Shown here in pieces: positions 49,333 through 57,360 of a stretch of 64,000 nt of DNA. This stretch comes from Negativicutes bacterium (GTDB lineage Bacteria > Bacillota > Negativicutes > UBA1444). The position numbers and the translations under genes are program-made. The stretch spans positions 96,001 through 160,000 of the forward strand of contig CAXXIN010000014.1 in the NCBI GenBank assembly GCA_963665275.2, written 5' to 3'. Under the pieces are notes generated by a model, which did not search any database, was not told where the DNA came from, and saw only the letters and a program-made list of their open reading frames with translations. Position 1 is the first letter of the stretch. Every line of letters starts with the position of its first letter.

Positions 49333-49400
49333 AGACACCGCCAAATATGCAAAAATAAAATTTGAGACCAGCTATGAAAAGTCAACAGGTGCGACTGAAT

Positions 49401-50582
49401 TTAGCGTGCCAACATCGGATCATAGGCTTGACCAGATTTGAGAAGAGCAAAAATGGTATAAAGCAACTTGCGAGAAACCGCGCCCAGAGCAACACGATGG
49501 GCTTTGCCCTCTTCGCGTTTCTTATGATAAAACGCAGCAAAGACCGGATTGAATTTAGAAGCGGGGAACGCTGCTAACCAAACGGCTCTGCGCAGATACG
49601 GCGAGCCCCGTTTGGACATATGGCTTTGGCTGCCGGTGAATTCGCCGGACTGCTTTATTGAAGGATCCATCCCAGCAAAGGCAACCAATTTCTCAGGAGC
49701 GGAAAAACGATGAACATCGCCAATCTCACTGAGGATGGCTGCTGCCAAGACTTTGCCGATACCGGGAACCGTATGCAACGTGCAAGAAAAGCGGTCATAG
49801 TAGGCACTGATTTGTTCGCCAAGCTCAGCCAATTGCTCTTCCAGAAACACAATCTGAGCCACCAGCTGGCGCAATTGAAAGGCCAGGGCGTCTATCCCCA
49901 ATTTGACTCCAAACGAATGCTTTGCGGCATTCTGAATCCGTTGAGCTTGATCTAGGCCGAAGCGGCCACGGCTGGTTCGTTCAAGCAAGCCAGCTAACTT
50001 CCCAGAATCCACCGCTAAAAACTCCTCCGGAGTGGAAAACTCCGCCAGCATCTGGCGGGAAGAGGCTCCGAACAGATCAGAAAATAGGGACTCATATTCC
50101 GGAAACACTTGATCCAAGAGGGCGATTACCTTGCGTTTGAGATCGGATATATTATCTACCAGTGAGAAACGATAGCGGCAAAGTTGACGCAACGCAATTA
50201 AATCGGGTTCGGCCAGGGTGGTTTGCGTAAACCGACCGAAGCGAATGACCTCAGCGATGAGAAAGGAATCGACTGCATCCGTTTTAGTCTGGCGAATGTA
50301 CAGATTGCGAAGGCTGTCGGACTGAATGGGATTGATCACATGGACGACATGGCCATCCTGTATCAGCCGGGAATAAAGGGGCAGCCAGTAATGACCGGTT
50401 GCTTCCATGCCGAACACAACAGGCAGCAAAGTGGGATTGAGTTTTTGAACCTGCTTGAACAAAAGCTCAACTCCGGCGAGAGAATTGGGGAACGAAAATG
50501 GTTTTCCCAGCAAACCGCCTGATTCATTCATCAGACAGGCCTCATGACTGCGCTTGGCGATGTCGATGCCGACGATGATCAT
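49401..50582 (-). CDS. IS110 DEDD recombinase/transposase
   Basis: GIDIAK, GMEATG, KTDAVD (DEDD), PGIG, QSG serine motif and KRGSPYLR; ATG after GGAGG. Confidence 0.95.
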   Translation of the reverse strand: MIIVGIDIAKRSHEACLMNESGGLLGKPFSFPNSLAGVELLFKQVQKLNPTLLPVVFGMEATGHYWLPLYSRLIQDGHVVHVINPIQSDSLRNLYIRQTKTDAVDSFLIAEVIRFGRFTQTTLAEPDLIALRQLCRYRFSLVDNISDLKRKVIALLDQVFPEYESLFSDLFGASSRQMLAEFSTPEEFLAVDSGKLAGLLERTSRGRFGLDQAQRIQNAAKHSFGVKLGIDALAFQLRQLVAQIVFLEEQLAELGEQISAYYDRFSCTLHTVPGIGKVLAAAILSEIGDVHRFSAPEKLVAFAGMDPSIKQSGEFTGSQSHMSKRGSPYLRRAVWLAAFPASKFNPVFAAFYHKKREEGKAHRVALGAVSRKLLYTIFALLKSGQAYDPMLAR

Positions 50583-50599
50583 GTGCGCACCTCCCTTTG

Positions 50600-50835
50600 G
50601 GACAGATAACCTCCAGCAGCTGCGGCACACAACCTCGTGAGACATGCGAAGTACCAGTCGTACCGGCCAACATCCAGCTCATTCGTGATGGACCGCAGGG
50701 CCAGAGGGATCACTCTCAATTTCGAGGTTCAACCTCAAGGAGGAAGACGATCTCCTCTGTCCTCTGCTATTAGTATCTCCGATTGTTCCTCGGGAGACAA
50801 GCGGAGAGGTTCAACAGGTTTCCCTGTTTATCCCG
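50600..50835 (-). ncRNA. Putative IS110 bridge RNA (ends approximate)
   Basis: Non-coding end downstream of the junction -10 box contains segments matching target and donor sites in LTG-RTG-LDG-RDG order. Confidence 0.7.
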
Positions 50836-50864
50836 AACATAATTATACGAGGAGGAAGCTCATC

Positions 50865-52412
50865 ATGTTAACAGAGTATCGCAACGAACCGTTTACGAAT
50901 TTCTCCATTCCCGAAAACAAGGCTGCCATGGAAGCGGCGCTGTCCTTGGTAGCGTCGCAGAAGGGCAGACATTATCCCCTGAAAATCGGTGGCGTTGCCA
51001 TCGATACGGAAGCGAAGATCACTTCGGTCAATCCCTCTTATATCGAGGAAGTGGTCGGCACCGTGGCCCGCGCCAACATTGAGTTGGCGGACAAAGCTGT
51101 AAAAGCGGCCGCCGACGCCTTTAAAACGTGGAAATTCATTGAGCCGGAAACCCGCGCTCGACTGATTTTCAAAGCGGCTGCCATTCTGCGCCGCCGCAAG
51201 TTCGAGTACTCCGCCTGGTTGGTGGAGGAAGCCGGCAAGAACTGGGCCGAAGCGGACGCCGATACGGCGGAAGCCATCGACTTCATGGAATATTATGGCC
51301 GCGAAATGCTGCGTTATGCCGCAGGGATGACTGTGACATCCTACCCCGGAGAGCAGAATGAATGCGTCTATATTCCGTTGGGCGTGGGCGTGGTCATTCC
51401 GCCCTGGAACTTCCCTCTGGCAATCCTGGCAGGGATGACCGCGGCGGCTGTGGTTGCAGGCAACACCGTCATCATGAAGCCGGCCAGCAGCACACCGGTT
51501 ATTGCGGCCAAACTGATGGAGCTGTTTGAAGAGGCCGGTGTTCCTGCCGGCGTTATCAACTATCTGCCTGGCAGTGGCGGCAGCATCGGCGACGCGCTGG
51601 TGTCCCATCCCCAGGTACGGTTTATCAACTTCACCGGTTCCAGGGATGTCGGCCTGCGGATCAATAAATTGGCTGCAGACGTAGTGCCGGGACAGATCTG
51701 GATCAAACGGGTGATCGCTGAAATGGGCGGCAAGGATGCGATCATCGTGGATGATGAGGCTGATCTCGAAGAAGCGGCGACCGGCATTGTAACGTCGGCC
51801 TTCGGTTTCCAGGGGCAGAAGTGCTCGGCCTGCTCGCGCGCGATTGTCGTAAAAAGCGTTTACGATGAACTGGTAGCGAAAGTTGTGGCCAAAACAAAAG
51901 CGCTGAAAGTCGGACCGGCAGCCGAATTTGGCGTAAACATGGGTCCGGTGGTGGATGAAAGCGCTTACAAGAAAGTGCTGGATTATATTGAAATCGGCAA
52001 AGGCGAAGCCCGTCTGGTCGCAGGCGGCAACAAAGCGGGCGACAAGGGCTGGTTCATCGAACCGACGGTATTCGCTGACGCGCCTGCCACTTCCCGCATC
52101 GCACAGGAAGAAATCTTCGGGCCGTTCGTAGCCATCATTCCGGCTGCTGATTTTTCCGAAGCTCTCGACATCGCCAATGGCACCGAATATGGTCTGACCG
52201 GCGCCGTATTTTCCAAGAACCGTGCCAAGTTGGAGCGGGCACGCCGCGAATTCCACGTCGGCAATCTTTATCTTAACCGCAAATGCACAGGGGCATTGGT
52301 CGGCGTGCAGCCCTTTGGCGGCTTCAACATGTCAGGCACCGACTCCAAAGCTGGTGGCGCCGACTATATGCTGCTTTTCATGCAGGCCAAATCGGTTGCG
52401 GAAAAACTCTAA
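50865..52412 (+). CDS. rocA: L-glutamate gamma-semialdehyde (P5C) dehydrogenase
   Basis: YRNEP, PWNFP, FTGS, EMGGK, GQKCSAC, EEIFGP and QPFGGF motifs; ATG after GGAGG. Confidence 0.92.
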   Translation: MLTEYRNEPFTNFSIPENKAAMEAALSLVASQKGRHYPLKIGGVAIDTEAKITSVNPSYIEEVVGTVARANIELADKAVKAAADAFKTWKFIEPETRARLIFKAAAILRRRKFEYSAWLVEEAGKNWAEADADTAEAIDFMEYYGREMLRYAAGMTVTSYPGEQNECVYIPLGVGVVIPPWNFPLAILAGMTAAAVVAGNTVIMKPASSTPVIAAKLMELFEEAGVPAGVINYLPGSGGSIGDALVSHPQVRFINFTGSRDVGLRINKLAADVVPGQIWIKRVIAEMGGKDAIIVDDEADLEEAATGIVTSAFGFQGQKCSACSRAIVVKSVYDELVAKVVAKTKALKVGPAAEFGVNMGPVVDESAYKKVLDYIEIGKGEARLVAGGNKAGDKGWFIEPTVFADAPATSRIAQEEIFGPFVAIIPAADFSEALDIANGTEYGLTGAVFSKNRAKLERARREFHVGNLYLNRKCTGALVGVQPFGGFNMSGTDSKAGGADYMLLFMQAKSVAEKL

Positions 52413-52476
52413 GATTGCATTTGAATTACCTGTCTTGGATGACGATAATAAAGAAGGGGCTGTCTCAATAAGAATT

Positions 52477-53834
52477 TGATATGCTCCCTTCAAGGTAGAC
52501 AGATGAAATAAAAAAACATTGGTATGCCACCCATTAAGTAGACAAGGGAAATAGTTAAATTGAACAGTAATGCATTTCAAACTGCCTTGGGGACTTGTAT
52601 CCCAAGGCAGAATGTCTTCTCTGCCTATTGTAGAATATTTCTATATACTCAAACACTGCCTTCTTGGCGATTTCTCGATTAGCGAACATTCCCATCCCTC
52701 GCATTAACTCGGTTTTTAATGTCTTATGGAAAGCCTCAGCAACAGCATTATCATAAGGATTTCCGGGCCTGCTCATGCTGGCGATTAAGCCATGTTTGCT
52801 GAGCAAGTCCTTATATTTTTTGCCCATGAATTGCGATCCCCGATCCGTATGGACCACCAGGCCAGGCATTGGACTTTCTGCCCAGACTGCCGCTTGAATT
52901 GCGGTGAGTGCCAATTGTTCTCTCATTTGTTTATCCATGGACCATCCTATAACTTTTCGGGTGTAAACATCCAAATACACCATCAGGTAAAGAAATCCTT
53001 CTCTAGTTTTTATATATGTAATATCTCCAACCCAAATTTTATTCTTATCCTCTGCCCTAAAGTATTGCCCAAGGATGTTTTCACTAGCAAGGGCCCCTGT
53101 GCTTTTCCGGTAAACCCCATGCTTCTTTCTCGGATATTCTGCAGTGAAGCCCAATTCTCTCATACGTAGAACAATCCGTTTATGATTTACCTTCCGTCCG
53201 CGCGATTCTAGCTCCGCCTTAATCCTTCGATAACCATAACGTTTCTTGTACTGAAAATAGATTTCCGTGATTTCCTCGTTGAGTACTTCGTTCTCTATGG
53301 CGCGCCGACTTTTCCTTGCATGAATGAATTTGTAGTAGCCAGCGCGAGAGACTTTCAGCACGCTGCACATGAGTTTTGTGCTAAAGTGCTTTGAGTGTTG
53401 CTTAATGAACTCGAATTTCTTGTGTTTGAATGTGTTTATGCCTTGAGGAAGGCTTGAAACTTTTTTAGGATATCGCGTTCCTGCTCCAATTGTTCAATTC
53501 TTTTTTGAAGTGTGCGAATTTCGAACTCTGGATCTCTGATAGGATTGCCAGAGCCAGTGAAGGCCTGTTCGCCAGACGTTTCGTATTCCTTGACCCAACG
53601 AGCAACCATGTTTCGTGATAGTTCTAGAGCGCTTGCAACTGACGCAGAACTTTTGCCTTCCTCAAGTACTTGTTTTACAACTTGAACTTTAAATTCCCGG
53701 TTAAATTTCTTTCGAGACATAAAATCCCCCCCTTGTTAATCAGTTGTACGTTTTCACCATACTTCCTGTCTACCAAGAGGGGGTCATACCAAATTTTTCT
53801 TATTTCATTCGTCTACTTGACGGGGGGCAGTTCA
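52477..53834 (-). mobile_element. IS3-family insertion sequence with doubled terminal inverted repeats
   Basis: TG...CA ends; ATT duplication at 52474-52476 and 53835-53837; orfA/orfB inside. Confidence 0.88.
52555..53720 (-). CDS. IS3 transposase OrfA (53436-53720) / OrfB (DDE), joined by -1 frameshift
   Basis: OrfA HTH KFNREFK; OrfB WVGDITY, HTDRGSQF, DNAVAE; A-AAA-AAG slippery site at 53460-53466 on the minus strand. Confidence 0.92.
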
Positions 53835-54366
53835 ATTGAGGCAGTCCCTTCTTTCGTCTAAAAATACGGGCAGCAGGTTCCGAAGAACCTGACTCTCGGT
53901 GTAAAATTAGACTACATGAAAAACTCTACACGACTAAATTTTCGCCAAAAATAACTTCATATCAATTGGTGTTGTCGCTCAACATAGAAATGTTCATCCC
54001 TGAAAATAATTCAGTCCGGCTGCTAAGCGAAATCATGGATCAACTCGACTAACCCTCTACAAAGCCTACTCGCGCAAAGGAAAAAAACCGCCGGAGTGCG
54101 CACTGCGGCTAAAAGCCGCCCCAGAGGCGTGGCAGGTATTGTTGCTTTGAATTCGGGGTCCAAGTTGTCCAGCGGAAAATCTGCCGCTGGGTTTAATTTT
54201 TCCATGGGCAGGAAATAAGAAATGATTGCGAGAAACAAGAGAAAGACCATCGCAAAAGCGGAGGAGCCGATAAGAAACGGAGTGTGTTGAATTGCTGCAA
54301 GTCATGTGCGAAAGTTGAGTATATAATCAAAGTTACAGGAGTATTTAAAGAAGGAGTACCGATCAG

Positions 54367-55110
54367 TTGTCAGAAATCAATGTTTTAATTGTTGATGATG
54401 AAGTTGAAATTTGTGATCTGCTCACGATGTATTTAAACCGAGAGGGATATCGGACTTGCTCTGTGTATGATGGAATTCGTGCGGTTGAGGAGGCTGTCCG
54501 CATTCAACCTAATATTATTTTGCTTGATGTTTTATTGTTGGGGATGGATGGAATAGAAGTTTGTGCACAACTACGCCGCCATACGGAAGTGCCTATTCTT
54601 TTTATTAGCTGCAAAGGTGAAGATGACGATAAAATTGTCGCATTGGGGGTAGGTGGTGACGATTATATTGTGAAACCATTTAGCCCGCGGGAAGTAGTAG
54701 CGAGAGTTAAAGCCCATCTGCGCCGTTATTGCAAAAGTTCCCGTATCGATGAAATAAAATTTGACACTTTGAGAATCAATGAATTGAATCGCACTGTGCA
54801 TATAGATAATGCTTTTATCAATCTCTCCAACACCGAGTTTGATATTTTGCTTTTGCTGGCGCAAAATCCAGGTGTAGTGTATAGTGCGGAAGAAATTTAC
54901 CGGCGTTTATGGGTAATGGACGATATGGAAGATACGCGTACTGTATTAGTGCATATCAGCAACCTGCGCAAAAAAATTGATGTTGATTTGACGCAATCAA
55001 GATACATTCTAACTATTTGGGGTAAGGGATATAAATTTAATGATCGCTGGCTCAATGGTGAAAACATGCCAGATGCCGGAATGGACAGTCGGTTGAGAAT
55101 GAAAAAATGA
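54367..55110 (+). CDS. OmpR-family response regulator
   Basis: IVDDE, LLDV, KPF and VHISNLRKKI...WGKGY motifs. Confidence 0.92.
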   Translation: MSEINVLIVDDEVEICDLLTMYLNREGYRTCSVYDGIRAVEEAVRIQPNIILLDVLLLGMDGIEVCAQLRRHTEVPILFISCKGEDDDKIVALGVGGDDYIVKPFSPREVVARVKAHLRRYCKSSRIDEIKFDTLRINELNRTVHIDNAFINLSNTEFDILLLLAQNPGVVYSAEEIYRRLWVMDDMEDTRTVLVHISNLRKKIDVDLTQSRYILTIWGKGYKFNDRWLNGENMPDAGMDSRLRMKK

Positions 55111-57179
55111 AAAAACATTCTCCGGCGCTTCTAGGGATAGTATTCTGTATTCTATTGGGATATTTAATTTATATGTTAAATATCATGGACACCCAGTCCG
55201 GCTTTTTCATCAGGGATGGCTGGCAATACCGCTGGGGGGATTCGCCGGTGGCCGCCGACGGCAAACCGACATGGGCAGTCGAAAAAAATGAGAATGGCGA
55301 ATGGCGCGATTTTTCATTCCCCAGCCAGCCGCCGGGATGGGATGGCGCCAGCGTACTCTGGCTGCGTGGCAGACTTCCCGACACGAGGTATGAGCACCCG
55401 GTCTTGTTCATGGTTTTTGTTCGCCAGCATCTGGAGTGCTGGGTGGATGGCAGGTCGGTTTATCATTATGGAGAAATTCCAGTTCCAGCAGGCGATCGAT
55501 ATAACCCTTGGTTTCCCTGGCATATGGTGTTGTTACCTGAGGATTCGGCAGGCAAGGAAGTCTATCTGCGTGTTCATTCAATTGGACCGACTATCGGGAT
55601 TGCGCATTTTCCGCGGTTGAGTTCTCTCAACGATTTACTGACAACACGTATAAAAATGGATTTTACCAAGAACGCTGTGACGGCGCTTTGCTTTTTTATC
55701 GGCGTGGTTGCGTTGGCCGTTGCCATGTACAGGCGGAATTTACAAAGTTATTACGCTCTTGCCGGCTGCGCATTTTGCAATGGAATCGTGGTGTTGAGCA
55801 CTACGTTCGCGTTGAGTCGGCTATTTGAATCAGACCAGTTTGTGCTGCTTCTGGTGATGGTCGGATCGTCGTTTGGACAAGGTTTTTGGCTCTGGTTCCT
55901 GGAGTCAGGCGTTGAAACGAATTGCTGCCGGATTGTGCGCAAAGCACGCTATATTGCTTTTGGAATCGCCGCCGCAGGACTGCTCCTGGTGTTGCAGGAT
56001 TCCAGCCAGGTGACGAGGATCCTCAATGTTCTTTTCTTGCTGCTTCTGATTAACCTAAGCCTCATGATGTATGTATTTCGCGGTCAGCTTGTTGTGAACA
56101 GGGATGCGCAAATTTATGCATTCGGCAGCATCGTCTGGGCGATTGCCATGGGGATCGACGCACTAAGGTCAGCAGGAGTTGTCATGCTGACAACTCCCAT
56201 CAGTGCTTTTGGCCAATTTATTGACATTGCCTGTCTGATAGCCATTGTCAGTCGTCGGGTGGCGGCCTTGTACTTCCAGCGCGAACAGGATGCAAAACTA
56301 ATCAGGGAAAACAATGAGCGCCTAAACCAGATGAATACGATGGTCAACCAGATGAACAATCAATTGGAAAAAACGGTTGCTGCACGGACGCAAGAACTGA
56401 CCGAAACAACAATCCTGCTGCAAGAAAAAGTTCAAAAACTGGATATGATGGAGAATGCTAGAAAACATTTGTTGAGCAATATCGCCCACGATTTGCGTAC
56501 ACCCATCACCATGATTGGCGGTCATGTGGAAGCCATTATAGATGGTGTGGCAAAAGAACCGGAACAGCAGCAAAAATCGCTGCGCATCGTTCACGCAAAA
56601 ATTCTGCAGCTCAATCGGCGAATCGAAGATGTCTTTACCCTATCCAGACTGGAGTCGCGTTCCTTGATACTCAAGAAACAGAAAGTCAGGAGCGGGGATC
56701 TGCTGCAGGAGATTGCATCCTGCTATGAAGCGGATATCCTGGGAGCAGGCATTCATTTAGTGCATGCCGCCGGGGCAAATAGTCAAGATTGTATCATTGA
56801 TATTGATCCCGGGCGCATGGATCAGGTTTTTGCCAATTTAATCTATAATGCACTCCGTTATACACCGCGCGGCGGAAAAATTATTTTGTCGGCGATGTAC
56901 CGGAATGGGATGGATGAAGTCATCTTATCGGTTCGGGATAACGGCTCCGGTATTGCCGCCGCTGAACTGGAACGAATCTTCCAGCGTTTTTATGTCGGAG
57001 ACGATGTGCCGTATGAAACCGGTAGCGGTACTGGCTTGGGCCTGGCCATCGCCAGGGAGATTGTTGAAATGCACGGGGGACGAATTTGGGCTGAAAGTGT
57101 TATCGATCAGGGGAGTGTATTTCATATCGCGCTTCCCGCGAGGCAGGGGAACTTGGCCGTGATGTCAGTAAGCGGCTAA
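55107..57179 (+). CDS. Membrane sensor histidine kinase (extracellular domain + multi-TM)
   Basis: HDLRTP H-box, NLIYNA, DNGSGI and GTGLGL motifs. Confidence 0.92.
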   Translation: MKKHSPALLGIVFCILLGYLIYMLNIMDTQSGFFIRDGWQYRWGDSPVAADGKPTWAVEKNENGEWRDFSFPSQPPGWDGASVLWLRGRLPDTRYEHPVLFMVFVRQHLECWVDGRSVYHYGEIPVPAGDRYNPWFPWHMVLLPEDSAGKEVYLRVHSIGPTIGIAHFPRLSSLNDLLTTRIKMDFTKNAVTALCFFIGVVALAVAMYRRNLQSYYALAGCAFCNGIVVLSTTFALSRLFESDQFVLLLVMVGSSFGQGFWLWFLESGVETNCCRIVRKARYIAFGIAAAGLLLVLQDSSQVTRILNVLFLLLLINLSLMMYVFRGQLVVNRDAQIYAFGSIVWAIAMGIDALRSAGVVMLTTPISAFGQFIDIACLIAIVSRRVAALYFQREQDAKLIRENNERLNQMNTMVNQMNNQLEKTVAARTQELTETTILLQEKVQKLDMMENARKHLLSNIAHDLRTPITMIGGHVEAIIDGVAKEPEQQQKSLRIVHAKILQLNRRIEDVFTLSRLESRSLILKKQKVRSGDLLQEIASCYEADILGAGIHLVHAAGANSQDCIIDIDPGRMDQVFANLIYNALRYTPRGGKIILSAMYRNGMDEVILSVRDNGSGIAAAELERIFQRFYVGDDVPYETGSGTGLGLAIAREIVEMHGGRIWAESVIDQGSVFHIALPARQGNLAVMSVSG

Positions 57180-57256
57180 AATACCGGTGGCAGAAGCAAA
57201 CAAAAGGCAGGTTTGATTGGTCAAAGTGGCAATTAAATCTGTCTTTTGTTTGCTAG

Positions 57257-57302
57257 GCAGTATTTTCTAAAGAATTCTTTAGAAAATACTGCTGTTTTTT
57301 TT
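57257..57302 (+). terminator. 36-bp perfect palindrome followed by a T run
   Basis: GCAGTATTTTCTAAAGAATTCTTTAGAAAATACTGC then GTTTTTTTT. Confidence 0.6.
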
Positions 57303-57360
57303 GATACACTGAGAAAAACATGGGTATTTTTAGATTCTGCGAAAAGAAAGAGGGAACGTC

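Larger units (their letters stand above)
49364..50851 (-). mobile_element. IS110-family insertion sequence
   Basis: Transposase plus about 265-bp non-coding end; GAG (CTC on the element strand) at both junctions; removing the element restores TTTGAGGAGGAAGCTCATCATG. Confidence 0.9.

Noticed and set aside
50637-50864. N-terminal extension of the P5C dehydrogenase ORF
   Set aside because: Lies within the IS110 non-coding end; the true start is ATG 50865 after GGAGG
50868-52256. Long antisense ORFs (also 41552-42445, 22777-23532 and others)
   Set aside because: Shadow frames of well-supported genes; no RBS or recognisable motifs
52477-53791. IS3 bounded by outer-left and inner-right IR with AATT duplication
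   Set aside because: Would leave an orphan IR at 53792-53834; the outer pair with ATT duplication restores the terminator exactly
53860-54360. Possible small RNA or short ORFs in the intergenic region
   Set aside because: A few GC-rich hairpins but no recognisable family, promoter-terminator pair or credible protein
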